A DNA stretch of 64,000 nucleotides from Thermoproteota archaeon (GTDB lineage Archaea > Asgardarchaeota > Jordiarchaeia > Jordiarchaeales > Freyrarchaeaceae), in assembly GCA_029258835.1 (NCBI GenBank), contig JAPDJY010000039.1, positions 32,001 to 96,000 of the forward strand, given 5' to 3'. The position numbers and the translations under genes were made by a program. Positions 20,734-31,876 of the stretch are shown here, in pieces. Numbering within the stretch: the stretch's first letter is position 1; each line of letters starts with the position of its first letter. The notes under the pieces are model-generated. The model saw only the letters and a program-made list of their open reading frames with translations. It ran no database searches and was not told the origin of the DNA.

Positions 20734-21825
20734 CTACTTGAAGCAGTCCCAGTACTCGCTATGAACCACTTTAACTTCGTCTATGATTTTCTTAGCAGCT
20801 TCAAGTATTTCAGGTGAGTTTAACCAGCTTGGCGGTTTAAAGACTTCTTTTAGCTCCATGTTTACACCTGCAATGCCAAGAATTATAGCAGTCCAGGCTT
20901 TAGGAAGAACCACAGGATTGTAGCCACTCCCAATGAGGTCTACGAGACGGCCACTACAAACCTCGTCTGCAGCACGTTTCACGTATTCTCCGATCATTTT
21001 AAATCCGCTTAATGAAAGGCCTAGGTTGGTTAACGCATCCCCCCAGTGAGGATCACTCCCTCCATTTCTAATTATAACATCAGGCTTAAATTCTCTAGCA
21101 ACAGGCATGAATATTTCCTCTAGGACTAACTTGTAAACATCATCACCAGAGCGGGGGGGAAGAGGAACACATATAGTGAAGCCTTTGCCTTCCTCAGCAC
21201 CTACCTCCCATATGAAGCCTTTGCCAGGGTAGAGAGTGCGAGGATCCTGATGAACTGAAATGAAAAGCACACTAGGGTCCTCGTAGAAAATATCCATTGT
21301 CCCGTCCCCTGCGTGGGCGTCGGTGTCAAGTATTAAGATGCGTTTAAAACCGTAATCTTCAAGTAACATTTTCGCACAGACGGCAACATCGTTAAATATG
21401 CAGAAGCCGCCGCCGTAGTCTATGCCTGCATGATGCATGCCCCCACCTATCCCGACGGCACACTCACATTTCCCCTCGGCGACCGCTCTGCCAGCCGTCA
21501 CGGATACGGAGACGATCAACTTGGCATATTCGTCCATTCCTGGTTTAAGGGGGGTATCAAGTGAAAGGTAGCCACCCTTCTGAGCAAGACGCTTAACATA
21601 CTTAACGTAGTCGGGGTCATGAACGCATAAAAGGTCTTCATCGTCAACCAGTTCAGGTTCAACCAGCCTGAAAAGGGGATTTTTGTGGAGGCCTAATTCA
21701 ACAAAGTAATTGATGAAGTTAACGAAACGGTCTCCTCTAAAAGGATGCCCCTCACCGAAGTCGTAGCCTTCAAGCTCTCTACTGTAAACGACTTCTACGA
21801 CCACCCCACCCCACTCCTTTAACAT
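20734..21825 (-). CDS. Zn-dependent deacetylase (HDAC/AcuC family)
   Basis: 'GGMHHA', 'GFCIFND', 'DTDAHAGDG', 'GGSDPH'. Confidence 0.92.
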   Translation of the reverse strand: MLKEWGGVVVEVVYSRELEGYDFGEGHPFRGDRFVNFINYFVELGLHKNPLFRLVEPELVDDEDLLCVHDPDYVKYVKRLAQKGGYLSLDTPLKPGMDEYAKLIVSVSVTAGRAVAEGKCECAVGIGGGMHHAGIDYGGGFCIFNDVAVCAKMLLEDYGFKRILILDTDAHAGDGTMDIFYEDPSVLFISVHQDPRTLYPGKGFIWEVGAEEGKGFTICVPLPPRSGDDVYKLVLEEIFMPVAREFKPDVIIRNGGSDPHWGDALTNLGLSLSGFKMIGEYVKRAADEVCSGRLVDLIGSGYNPVVLPKAWTAIILGIAGVNMELKEVFKPPSWLNSPEILEAAKKIIDEVKVVHSEYWDCFK

Positions 21826-22097
21826 GTCCCAGTTAAACCACTCCTCCTGAAGATCCCATTAATTTTAATTTTTAAACTTTTCTTCAATTTTAAACTCGAG
21901 GCCAAGGAAATCTTGAATATAGGAAAATAAGACTGGAAACTCTTTAGGAAAAATTGTTAAAACAATTAGTAAGATCGGCAAATAATTCTAACTTTCAATT
22001 TAAAGCACGTATGCCTTTTCCAGAAATTTTATTTTTAAAGCCAACAAAAATGGGATGTTAGGTAATAAACCTGCATTCATAAATAGGTGAATAGCTA

Positions 22098-25000
22098 ATG
22101 GCATCTACTAGACAGAAGGCACTAGTGGCGCTTCTTCTATTAGGGCTTCTCCTAGGAGCCGGAGCAGGATACTATGTTATAACGTCCATTAACCAACAGG
22201 GAGGATTATTCAACCAAGCATTAGGATTCATTTTTCCAAACTATTTCCACCATATACCTTATGCTTACGCCTCACCGCTCACTTTGCAGCTCGACATGAA
22301 CTGGCTGGAACAAATATTCAAGAATATTCCTAAGGACTTTAAGATACCTGAAGAACTGCAAAATGTACCGGTCGATTATATACCACCCATCCATCAGTTC
22401 TCCGCTGGACTGATCGACCCTGAAGCCACCGTTATGATCGTAATACCACATGATCCTAACTACCCTCATCAGTACTGGAAAGTTTCAACTTTTGACTACT
22501 ATGGCGAAGGGGACTGGTATAAAACACAGTTGAACACTTACCCCATAAGTATTACGGCTCCCTCCTCTCTTCCTCCAAATGCGCAATTCTTCACTATAAT
22601 AATGAATATAACCCACGACGTTTCATCCTCAACCGCACTTCCAGTATTGTATCCCGACCCGTACTTCACTACAGAAATATCTTCATCCCAAGGAGACCTT
22701 AACGACGCGGAAATTGAACGTGACGAATACAATAATTCGCGAGTAAACCTTTTCTTCACGGATAAAGGAGTGTCAGAAATAAGTTATGATGTCGCAGGAG
22801 TACCCCCCGACACTGACTGGGTCTCCAGCAATGCTATGCCCGCAACATATACTCCGCCAGCAATACGCGACGTCTATACTCAGCTACCTTCAAGCCTAGC
22901 AAATGACCCAACATTCAAAAGCTTCGCCGATAGCTTTTCGGGTGTAGGCAACAACGCATATGAGGTAGCTCAAGCGGTTCAAGCGGAGCTGCTCTCAGGG
23001 AAGTACATAAACAATATAACACGCTTAACCGAGGGTGCTCCGTTGACGGACGAGGACCCGGTGGTAAGATTCCTGAAGGAAAAAGAAGGGACATGCATAG
23101 ATTTTGCTTCAACGTTCGTTACAACGCTGCGCTACCTAGGAGTCTCAGCAAGGCTAGTGATAGGATACGATGACCGCTATGCTCAGGCAGACTACTCCGG
23201 TGGCACCCTGAAGTATATCATTAAAGCATTTAACATATACGCTTGGGCTGAGGTCTGGGTGCCCACATCGCCTAGCGGGGAGGGCATATGGGTACCGTTT
23301 GACCCAACTCCGCCACCAACCATAACGTTTCCGTCAGGAACAGAATGGATCGACCAGCAATTCAACGTCCCACCAGAACTTATAGGAAGCTTGGGTCCAA
23401 TAGCTCTATTCTCTTACGGCCTATCAACGGAGACCACTGTTTTCACGGCTAAACCAGAAGAACCGGGGTTTGCCGTAAGGTACTGGAGAGTTAAAGCGTA
23501 CAATTACTACTCTGACGGGGAGTGGAACTGTACAAACCAGACGAGGTATGAACTGCAAACTTGGACTAAAAGCAAGCTAGAAAGCACTATCCCCGAAACG
23601 TTCGAATACTACAACGTTCTTATGAACGTAAGCCACGATGTGAACCTCACAATAGTTATACCGATCCCATTCCCCGGCCCATACATCCTAAACGGTTCAA
23701 GCTACACCATATCGTCGGTGCAGGGAGATATGACGAGCGCCTCACTCAGCCAAGATATATTTAATAACACGTACCTTAACGCGCTTTTCACAGACTCAGG
23801 CACATCGACTCTGAACTACACCATAGCAGTCTACAACTTAGACCTGTCAGCCATAAATAGTTCAGCTCAGCCACCATCTACCGGAAACATACCTGAAGAA
23901 ATAAGTGAACTTTACCTGCAAATTCCATCTACTTTGGAGTCGGATCCAACATTTACTGATTTTGTGAATACCATAGAAAGTGGAGATAACGCTTATGAAA
24001 CAGCGCTAAACGCTCTTAACAGGTTAACGTCCGGAGAGTACATATATAATGCTTCGATGATGGTGAGCGGAGTGAACATTCAAGAAGACCCGATAGTCTG
24101 GTTCTTAAAAAACAAGGTTGGAACGCCTATTCTTTTCGCGTCAACTTATGTCATGGCGCTACGCCATTTTGGAATACCTGCAAGACTAGTCATAGGATAC
24201 CTGACGCAGAACACAACGAGTGATGGGGAGGTTGTACACGAGGCTAAGAACATTTACATTTATGCTTGGGCTGAGGTCTGGATTCCCACGGGAGAAGGGA
24301 ACGGATATTGGGTTTCATTTGATCCAACTCCAGACCCGCTTCCAGCGACGTTTGCAACTATAAATGGTTTTATACTGTGGGACAGGATGCAGAGAGACGA
24401 CCCGAATGTGCAGTTTACGGACTACGAGGTTTCGATATCGACGTCCTCCAGTACGATAACCAGAGGGAACGCCCTTGACGTAACCGTGAACGTAAAGAGG
24501 GATGGGGCAGCGCAGGCAAACTGTTTGGTTGAAGTTTTCACCTATGATCCCTGGGAGCAGAAGAACTACTCAGCTGGTAGTGGGGTAACGAATGGTGGTG
24601 GAAGCGTAACGGTCACTATAACTGTTGACAATAAGATAAAGATAGGGAACCTCACGATAATAGCAAAGGTTCACAATGGTTCAAGCAGCAACGATCCTCT
24701 CATCGCACATAACTATACGGCAGAGGTGATTTTAGAAGGAGATACTGCGATGAGCGCTGAAGTAAAGTCTACAGCACCATACACAACCGATACAACGCTC
24801 ATAAGAAGTGACGGAACAGTTAGAATAAATGGAACGTTATATGATCCAAACTATTCCGGAACGAATTCAGGAGTACCTTACGTGAAGGTTACGATAACGA
24901 TGGATGGAAACAGCGTTGGTGAAGTATATACCGATGGTGAGGGATACTTTGAGTACGAGTACCCTGATAATGGGAGTCTAAATCTCACAGACTACAAGTT

Positions 25001-26849
25001 CCAAGCCCAGTATAGTGATCCTGCAGGGCACTTTGGTGCTTCGTCAGCTCCGTCCCCAGCCACGGTGATCAGCGTTTACGCTCGTTCAAAGGTAACCATA
25101 ACGCTTGACCCAGCTGACGCCATTAAAAAAGGAAGCGACCTCACATTTATATCACAGCTCACCTTCGATAACGGAACATCTATAGAAGAAGAAACGAGCG
25201 TTGTCGCTCACTGGTGTGACAGTACAAACACCGAGATAAGAACGTACAGCTTGGCGGATGCGGGTGGTGGAACATATAAGCATACGGCGACGATAAACGA
25301 TCAGCAAGGATATTATAATGTGTATGTTACGTATAATGGGACAACTGGAAGTGGAGGACGCATACTGGGTTCCACCTCTGAAAGCAAGACCATACTAGTT
25401 TATGAGGGAGGGCTTATCTGGATCGACGACGCTCCGGCAGAGGCTTACAGAGGCGAAACGGCGTGGTTTGGCGGGAGTGTGAAAGATGAGGCGGGAAATC
25501 CCGTGGCGGACATTATGCTTCAGTTCCATTTCATAAACGATAGCGGTGCCGTGTACGTGTATAATTCAAGCGAGAAAACGGGGGCGGACGGAGCCTTTTA
25601 CTGTGGAGTACCTATACCCCCAAGCTTATCTCCTGGAACCTATAGTGTTGAAGCAGTTAGCCTCAACGCCACGCTTAACGCGCTAAGTAACAGTGTAGAT
25701 GTACAGGTAAAGACCAAAACGGCGATTGAGCTCTCCGGGTTCACCGTTTCATCGTTTACATTAACATTTTCAGCAAAGCAGGCTGAGAAGATCATTGGGT
25801 CATATATGCCTAGCGAGTATGCTTTCATAACAGCTACTGTCATTGATCAGGCAACGCAGACACCTTTGGATGGGTTAGAGTTTACGGTATATTACCAAGG
25901 TAACGCCCTTGCAAGCAACGTAACGGATAGTAATGGTTTCCTCAACATAACACTGGAGCCTGATGATTTGGCTTCTCTCCCAGTTAACGCTATTTCAGAG
26001 TTGACGCTGAGTTACCCTGGAAATGAAACACTAGGCCCAGTTTCAGTTAAGTTTTTAATTCACATCTTTAATGAGGCGAGCATCGATATAGATACGCCTG
26101 AGAATGCAGTTATTGGGGAGCCATTTACAATTAACGTGACAGTGAGGGATCCTAATGGAAACCCTGTCATTGGGCGAGAGTTCGCTGTTTACTGGAACGT
26201 GACGGCGCTCATTGGCTCGTCCGAGACGGGGAGTAACGGTAATGGAAGCCTTGTTTACAACGTGCCTGGCGACGTTGTTGAAGGAAACGTGAAACTTTAT
26301 GTTGTTTTAGATAGTGGGGATTCCGGTATGGTAACGGTACCTGTTGTAAAACAAAGATTTCCGGGAGGTTTGAATATGATGATGTTGTATCTCGCACTGC
26401 AGATTGAGGGTTCAACCCCTATTTTACCGCTCGCCATAATAGGAGTTATAGTAGCCTTACTAATCGTATTAGTTTACGTTTACATTTCACGGAGAAGAAG
26501 GATCGTAGCGAAGAAACCTAAGGAATTCAAGTGGGAGATTAGCGAGTTAGAGGAGCTTGTTAAGGCAGGGAAGTTTAAGGACGCGGTTATCCGAATTTAC
26601 AAGATGTACGTTGAACTTCTTAGTGCTAATATGGGATTAGAGCGTGAGCCACATGAGACGACAAGAGATTTAGCAAAGAAGGCAATTAAGAATGGACTAA
26701 CGCCAAGGCTTGTCAACTCTATAACTCAACTATTTGAGAAAGCACGTTTCAGCAGGCACCAGGTGACCGGTAATGATTATAATGAAGCTGCCAAAACGTT
26801 CACTGAGATTTATAATGAAATCGTTGGGGGAGCAATAAGCCTTGGGTAA
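22098..26849 (+). CDS. Large membrane-anchored protein: two transglutaminase-like domains, Ig-like repeats, TM, C-terminal DUF4129
   Basis: Two 'ARLVIGY..YAWAEVW..W..FDPTP' repeats; T/N-rich beta repeats; 'ETTRDLA..TQLFEKARFS' DUF4129-like tail. Confidence 0.8.
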   Translation: MASTRQKALVALLLLGLLLGAGAGYYVITSINQQGGLFNQALGFIFPNYFHHIPYAYASPLTLQLDMNWLEQIFKNIPKDFKIPEELQNVPVDYIPPIHQFSAGLIDPEATVMIVIPHDPNYPHQYWKVSTFDYYGEGDWYKTQLNTYPISITAPSSLPPNAQFFTIIMNITHDVSSSTALPVLYPDPYFTTEISSSQGDLNDAEIERDEYNNSRVNLFFTDKGVSEISYDVAGVPPDTDWVSSNAMPATYTPPAIRDVYTQLPSSLANDPTFKSFADSFSGVGNNAYEVAQAVQAELLSGKYINNITRLTEGAPLTDEDPVVRFLKEKEGTCIDFASTFVTTLRYLGVSARLVIGYDDRYAQADYSGGTLKYIIKAFNIYAWAEVWVPTSPSGEGIWVPFDPTPPPTITFPSGTEWIDQQFNVPPELIGSLGPIALFSYGLSTETTVFTAKPEEPGFAVRYWRVKAYNYYSDGEWNCTNQTRYELQTWTKSKLESTIPETFEYYNVLMNVSHDVNLTIVIPIPFPGPYILNGSSYTISSVQGDMTSASLSQDIFNNTYLNALFTDSGTSTLNYTIAVYNLDLSAINSSAQPPSTGNIPEEISELYLQIPSTLESDPTFTDFVNTIESGDNAYETALNALNRLTSGEYIYNASMMVSGVNIQEDPIVWFLKNKVGTPILFASTYVMALRHFGIPARLVIGYLTQNTTSDGEVVHEAKNIYIYAWAEVWIPTGEGNGYWVSFDPTPDPLPATFATINGFILWDRMQRDDPNVQFTDYEVSISTSSSTITRGNALDVTVNVKRDGAAQANCLVEVFTYDPWEQKNYSAGSGVTNGGGSVTVTITVDNKIKIGNLTIIAKVHNGSSSNDPLIAHNYTAEVILEGDTAMSAEVKSTAPYTTDTTLIRSDGTVRINGTLYDPNYSGTNSGVPYVKVTITMDGNSVGEVYTDGEGYFEYEYPDNGSLNLTDYKFQAQYSDPAGHFGASSAPSPATVISVYARSKVTITLDPADAIKKGSDLTFISQLTFDNGTSIEEETSVVAHWCDSTNTEIRTYSLADAGGGTYKHTATINDQQGYYNVYVTYNGTTGSGGRILGSTSESKTILVYEGGLIWIDDAPAEAYRGETAWFGGSVKDEAGNPVADIMLQFHFINDSGAVYVYNSSEKTGADGAFYCGVPIPPSLSPGTYSVEAVSLNATLNALSNSVDVQVKTKTAIELSGFTVSSFTLTFSAKQAEKIIGSYMPSEYAFITATVIDQATQTPLDGLEFTVYYQGNALASNVTDSNGFLNITLEPDDLASLPVNAISELTLSYPGNETLGPVSVKFLIHIFNEASIDIDTPENAVIGEPFTINVTVRDPNGNPVIGREFAVYWNVTALIGSSETGSNGNGSLVYNVPGDVVEGNVKLYVVLDSGDSGMVTVPVVKQRFPGGLNMMMLYLALQIEGSTPILPLAIIGVIVALLIVLVYVYISRRRRIVAKKPKEFKWEISELEELVKAGKFKDAVIRIYKMYVELLSANMGLEREPHETTRDLAKKAIKNGLTPRLVNSITQLFEKARFSRHQVTGNDYNEAAKTFTEIYNEIVGGAISLG

Positions 26850-28215
26850 AATAAAAACTGCAGTTTACATATGTGTCTTCATACTTGTGTGGGTTCCATT
26901 AGTGTTACCGTTGATTCCAGGGTACACGCAGAGTATTAAAACTGAAGACTTTTCAATCTATAACCCTTTCTGGAATGGATGCTTCCTTTTTAAAATGGAG
27001 TTAAGTAGGAAAGGGTACGATGTACGCCCTCTTATTTCGTCGTTAAGTGTTCTCAGTAGAGCGGAAAATGCGACGCTGGTGATCTTAGGCCCATCATCAG
27101 CAACAATAAACCCTATAGAGATTACAGAGCTGGCTGCTTTCGTCCGCGATGGAGGAAGCATACTTATTGCTGATGATTTTGGTACAGGAAACATGTTTAC
27201 AGCTCTTCTCTTCTGGACGTTGGGCCTTCAACCACCTTTCTTCTGGAAATATCCGCTTTATGGTTCCTATAAGGGAAGCTTAACAACTTGGACGATTACG
27301 CCAACGGTCACCACGTTTAATGTTTCGCATCCAATATTTCAAGGAGTACATCAGATAATACTTAACGCTCCAACGGCTTTAGCAAATGTTCCTCCTGAAA
27401 GCCAAACTGCAACGTTAACCCTTGGGATCCTGGACGTTGATGGAGATATGCAACTGGAACCATTTATGCCAGATATAATGCTCCCGAACGCAGTCATAGT
27501 GGCGGTTTATGATCTTAGTAAAATGAGCATTGAGGTGGATGGGCAAGAAATTAACTACGGAAAGGGTAAAATAGTTTTAGTAAGTGACCCAAGTATTTTT
27601 AACAATGACATGATCATGCGGGGTGATAATCTTAAGTTTGCGTCGAATCTAATCGACTGGCTTTCAGGGAAGAATGATGGAGGAAGCAACTTAGTTATTT
27701 TTGACGAAGCCCATTTGGCGACTCCATTTTATTCCTATGATAAGCTTTTTGGAAGCATAATGGGTTATATTGACTGGGCTAGTGCCAACTGGCTTTTAGC
27801 ACCCATATATCCGATTCTCATCGTTTTTTCAATTTGGAGGTGGCTTCCTAGGAGGAAGCCTGAGGAGCTTGGGCCAACACCAGTGTACTTGAAGAGGGGA
27901 AAAACGTTTCTTACAGAAAGGCTGGAGTGGTATAAAGAGAATAAGCAGTATGGTTACGCTGTGAAGCTGCTTTACAGGAGAATGAAGCGCTACATTTTAA
28001 GATATCTAAAACTCAAGGAGTTTGATGTGGAAACGGTGGCGAAGATGCTGGCTAAGCGGATTCCAGACATGAAAAGGAAGGAGATCAAGAGGTTTCTTGA
28101 AACATGTGAAGTGATAGATAGAGGGGAGAAGCCGGTATTCATTAGCTCTGACGTCTTCTTAAACTACTTTTTCAGGATGAAGAAGATTATGGAGGGTGTT
28201 GTAAGTGGTAAGTGA
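26842..28215 (+). CDS. DUF4350-domain membrane protein
   Basis: 'FSIYNPFWNG', 'GGSILIADDFG', 'GKIVLVSDPSIFNNDM', 'VIFDEAH'. Confidence 0.75.
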   Translation: MGKIKTAVYICVFILVWVPLVLPLIPGYTQSIKTEDFSIYNPFWNGCFLFKMELSRKGYDVRPLISSLSVLSRAENATLVILGPSSATINPIEITELAAFVRDGGSILIADDFGTGNMFTALLFWTLGLQPPFFWKYPLYGSYKGSLTTWTITPTVTTFNVSHPIFQGVHQIILNAPTALANVPPESQTATLTLGILDVDGDMQLEPFMPDIMLPNAVIVAVYDLSKMSIEVDGQEINYGKGKIVLVSDPSIFNNDMIMRGDNLKFASNLIDWLSGKNDGGSNLVIFDEAHLATPFYSYDKLFGSIMGYIDWASANWLLAPIYPILIVFSIWRWLPRRKPEELGPTPVYLKRGKTFLTERLEWYKENKQYGYAVKLLYRRMKRYILRYLKLKEFDVETVAKMLAKRIPDMKRKEIKRFLETCEVIDRGEKPVFISSDVFLNYFFRMKKIMEGVVSGK

Positions 28216-29164
28216 GGTAGAAGTAGATGTTAGTAGTGTAAAGGCCTTTGCAAACGCGATACTAGACGAGTTCAGAAAGGTTATTGTAGGGAAAATCGAT
28301 GTTTTCGAAAACCTGCTGATCGCGCTTTTATGTAACGGGCACGTGCTTCTTGAGGGAGTTCCAGGCGTGGCGAAGACGTTTATGGCGAAAACGTTTGCGA
28401 GAACTCTTGGCTGCTCCTTTAAAAGGATCCAGTTTACCCCGGATCTTCTTCCATCAGACATTCTAGGAACATACGTTTTCAACCAGAAAAGTGGAGAATT
28501 CATGTTTAGACCAGGACCAATTTTCGCCAACGTGATATTGGCGGATGAGATAAATAGAGCGCCACCTAAAACGCAGTCGGCACTCCTTGAAGCGATGCAG
28601 GAGCGGCAGGTGACCGTTGAAGGGGTCACTCATCCGCTCCCGTCACCGTTCATTGTGATAGCAACGCAGAATCCTATAGAAACCTCTGAGGGGGTTTACC
28701 CTCTTCCGGAGGCCCAGCTTGACCGATTTCTCTTTAAATTAACAGTGGACTATCCAACAGAAGACGAGGAAGTGGAGATATTAAGAAGGAGGCTGAATGT
28801 GGCTGCTGAAGAGGTCACCCCGGTTACCTCTCCAGAGATAATTATTAAGATGCAAGGCATTGTTAAGAACGTTTACATCGCCCCTGAGATAATGGATTAC
28901 ATCAGAGAGTTGGTTATTAGAACAAGGAGGCATCCTCAGATTTTGCTTGGAGGAAGCCCAAGAGCTTCAATAGTATTAATGGAGGGAGCCATGGCGAGAG
29001 CAGCCTTAAACGGGCGAGACTATGTTATACCAGACGACGTTAAAGCTATAGCTAAGCAGACGTTTGTTCATAGGTTAATACTTCGACCTGAGGCTGAACT
29101 TGAGGGAATAACGGCGGAGAGACTTGTAGAACGTTTACTCGAAGAGGTTCCAGTGCCTTTTTAG
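28205..29164 (+). CDS. MoxR-family AAA+ ATPase
   Basis: 'HVLLEGVPGVAKT', 'RIQFTPDLLPSD', 'DEINRAPPKTQSALLEAMQE'. Confidence 0.95.
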   Translation: MVSEVEVDVSSVKAFANAILDEFRKVIVGKIDVFENLLIALLCNGHVLLEGVPGVAKTFMAKTFARTLGCSFKRIQFTPDLLPSDILGTYVFNQKSGEFMFRPGPIFANVILADEINRAPPKTQSALLEAMQERQVTVEGVTHPLPSPFIVIATQNPIETSEGVYPLPEAQLDRFLFKLTVDYPTEDEEVEILRRRLNVAAEEVTPVTSPEIIIKMQGIVKNVYIAPEIMDYIRELVIRTRRHPQILLGGSPRASIVLMEGAMARAALNGRDYVIPDDVKAIAKQTFVHRLILRPEAELEGITAERLVERLLEEVPVPF

Positions 29165-29179
29165 AGGTGGCTTTAGGAC

Positions 29180-30502
29180 ATGCTAACAGCAAGAGGTGGA
29201 ATAGCCATAGTTAGTGGCGTTTTCACCTTTACATTTGGCTTTGTAACTGTAAACTATTTTCTCGTGTTAGTAGGGGTTATGGTCGTTATAGCGTCCGTTA
29301 TCAGCATGCCATACTTCGCTCTTTCAGCCAACTTTGAGGGAGTGGAGGTTACAAGGACTCTTGATAAAGAGAAAGTTTTCGCTGAGGAGTTCGTTCATGT
29401 TACAGTTAAAGTAGTGAACAAGGGCCGTATGAGGATAGATTACTTGGAAGTTGAGGATGGATATCCTGAAGTGTTTACACTTGCTCTCGGCGAAAACAAA
29501 ATAACGGCCAGACTTGACCCAGGAGGTGAAGTCAGCTTTTCATATGTTTTGCAGTGTAGGCGCAGAGGCGTCCACAGGATAGGGCCGACAAAGCTTATTA
29601 TGCGAGATAGGCTAGGGATTGTATTTGAGGAGGAAGAGATTCCTGTTTACACGGAACTTTTGGTTTACCCGTCATATAAGGACGTTCGAAAGCTCGAGGC
29701 TCTAGGAGCTAAGAGGGTACTTAGCAGGCTTTTTGGCGTTCATAGAACAAGACAGAAGGGCATTGGAGTTGAGTTTTTCGGACTACGTGAATACTTCCCC
29801 ATGGATGATTTTAGGAGAATAGATTGGAAAGCAACGGCTAGAACAGGAGACCTAATAGTGCGAGAGTTTGAAAGTGAAAGGAATATTAAAGTAATGATCC
29901 TTCTTGACTGCAGTAGCAGCATGGGTGGCGGGCTACCTGATAACACCAAGCTAGACTTTGCGATAAGAGCGGCTGTGATGCTGGCGAAGGTTGCCTTGGA
30001 AAGACGGGATGAAGTCGGCTTAGCCGCTTTTTCGGATAAGATACACCAGTACGTCCCCCCAAAACCCGGTAAAGACTACTTCTATAAGATCTTAGAGGCG
30101 TTAGCGTTCGTTGAACCTACGGGTGGAACGTACATGAAGGAAGCCGTGGAGTGGGTTATAAGGCGAGCTCCGAGAAGAATGCTTTACATACTTATCAGCG
30201 ATCTTGAGGGGGAACTTAAAGACATCGTGGATGCTGCGAAGGTCATCAGGGCACATCGAAACCACTTACTTGTTTTATCTCCGTTTGGGCCATGGTTTGA
30301 AGTTTACCCGGAAGACCTTTCTCCCGTTGACCGAGCACTTGCAGAGGCGATATCAGAGGAACTCTTAGAATACAGGCGGAAGATAGGTGATGAGTTGGCA
30401 AAAATGGAGGTGCGGGTGGTGGATGTTGGACCAGATGACTTCTTACCTGCAATTATAACTCAATACTTAAACGCTAAGAGAAGGGGGATTGCGTTACGCT
30501 GA
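29180..30502 (+). CDS. DUF58 / vWA-domain protein
   Basis: 'LREYFPMDDFRRIDWKATAR', MIDAS 'LDCSSSM', 'LISD'. Confidence 0.9.
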   Translation: MLTARGGIAIVSGVFTFTFGFVTVNYFLVLVGVMVVIASVISMPYFALSANFEGVEVTRTLDKEKVFAEEFVHVTVKVVNKGRMRIDYLEVEDGYPEVFTLALGENKITARLDPGGEVSFSYVLQCRRRGVHRIGPTKLIMRDRLGIVFEEEEIPVYTELLVYPSYKDVRKLEALGAKRVLSRLFGVHRTRQKGIGVEFFGLREYFPMDDFRRIDWKATARTGDLIVREFESERNIKVMILLDCSSSMGGGLPDNTKLDFAIRAAVMLAKVALERRDEVGLAAFSDKIHQYVPPKPGKDYFYKILEALAFVEPTGGTYMKEAVEWVIRRAPRRMLYILISDLEGELKDIVDAAKVIRAHRNHLLVLSPFGPWFEVYPEDLSPVDRALAEAISEELLEYRRKIGDELAKMEVRVVDVGPDDFLPAIITQYLNAKRRGIALR

Positions 30503-30543
30503 GGGCGGGAAATTTTTCAGTTGCACGATTTAACGGTTTTCAA

Positions 30544-31848
30544 GTGGGGGTTAGAGCTGTAGCAGCTACTCTTTTCGTCACCGCATTCATGGTGGTTTTC
30601 ACGAGCGTGCAACCTTACATGCAATATGAAGGCCTTCTGGTTTACATTTGGGATACAGGACTACTTGGCATCACGGCGTGGAGAGTTTGGCTCTTCACCA
30701 ACGTGTTAGTAACCGTGATGATGGGGGAACTTACAGCGCAATTAACGAAGCTTGCAATACCACCCGTACTATGGTTCATTTATCCACAGGCATACAGCTA
30801 CTTTCTTCTTGCACAGAGCATGATGGAGACGTTCATGGCGGCAAATTACTTTTACCCTATACCATTAGCATATATCCTTCTAGGGTTTCCCGTGGAGCAA
30901 TGGCTAATTTTTTGGCCGTACATTAGAAATGCAGTTTTAAGTTATGCTGCTTTTTCTTGTATTTGGTCCATTTACTTTCTGCTTTTCCAAGTTTTAGCTG
31001 CCATAGCTCTTATTACAGGGGTCTTTTTCGTTATCAAGGTGAAAACTAAATTTCTTTTTTCTTCTTTTGCAGCCATTCAAGCGGCATTTGGCTTAGCTGC
31101 GCTTACAGGACATGTTAGTATGGGGACGCCGCTTACTAGCAGCTTCTTAACAGCGAACGTTTTTTTCCAGCAAATACTTTTTGGGGGGGTGCAGAGAGCG
31201 CTCACCAGCTTTTTGACGTCACCACTCTTTCTCTCGGCGTTAGCATGCTATCTCTACGTGGAGGCAGGACTTCTTTTAATTTACATGATGGAACTGGTTT
31301 CACCTATCACTGAAAGAGGTAGGAGGGTTGAAAGACAGTTAAGAATAGTAGATGAACTAGTAAATGCTTCAACCATGTTAGAGTTAGGGGAAAGAGTTTC
31401 TCTTAGCAAGGAAGCAAAGGAATTTCTTGAAAAGATGACGGAAATGAAAATTTTTAGTAAACCTGAAGCAGCTAAAATGGAGGCTCTACACGACCTACGT
31501 AGGTTAAAAGCATACGTAGAGCAAATTTATCTGGAAATACCCGATTCACGAGAAACTTTAAGTGCGAGGGCGGCAATGCCGGAAATTACGCCGCTGATTC
31601 GTTCTTCTCTGACGGGCATTGCCTTACGAGTATGTGGAGTAATAGCTTTGTCATTCATATGTTTTACCGTGCTCTTCGTTTTACGTCAGATTGGTGCACC
31701 ATTGCCGATAATTGAAAGCATAGAAGTTGTGCAACCAGAGATAGTACTTATACTTTTGCTGCCCATAGTTTTCAGTTTTTCCATGGCTGCAACGGTAATA
31801 AGGGCAATTACAAAAAGAGGTAAAGAGAGAACGGAAGAAGGCAAATAG
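30544..31848 (+). CDS. Polytopic membrane hypothetical protein (last gene of MoxR operon)
   Basis: 434 aa ORF with multiple hydrophobic segments; start uncertain. Confidence 0.7.
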   Translation: MGVRAVAATLFVTAFMVVFTSVQPYMQYEGLLVYIWDTGLLGITAWRVWLFTNVLVTVMMGELTAQLTKLAIPPVLWFIYPQAYSYFLLAQSMMETFMAANYFYPIPLAYILLGFPVEQWLIFWPYIRNAVLSYAAFSCIWSIYFLLFQVLAAIALITGVFFVIKVKTKFLFSSFAAIQAAFGLAALTGHVSMGTPLTSSFLTANVFFQQILFGGVQRALTSFLTSPLFLSALACYLYVEAGLLLIYMMELVSPITERGRRVERQLRIVDELVNASTMLELGERVSLSKEAKEFLEKMTEMKIFSKPEAAKMEALHDLRRLKAYVEQIYLEIPDSRETLSARAAMPEITPLIRSSLTGIALRVCGVIALSFICFTVLFVLRQIGAPLPIIESIEVVQPEIVLILLLPIVFSFSMAATVIRAITKRGKERTEEGK

Positions 31849-31876
31849 AGAGAAAAAAGAGGGGGGTGATTTTTAT

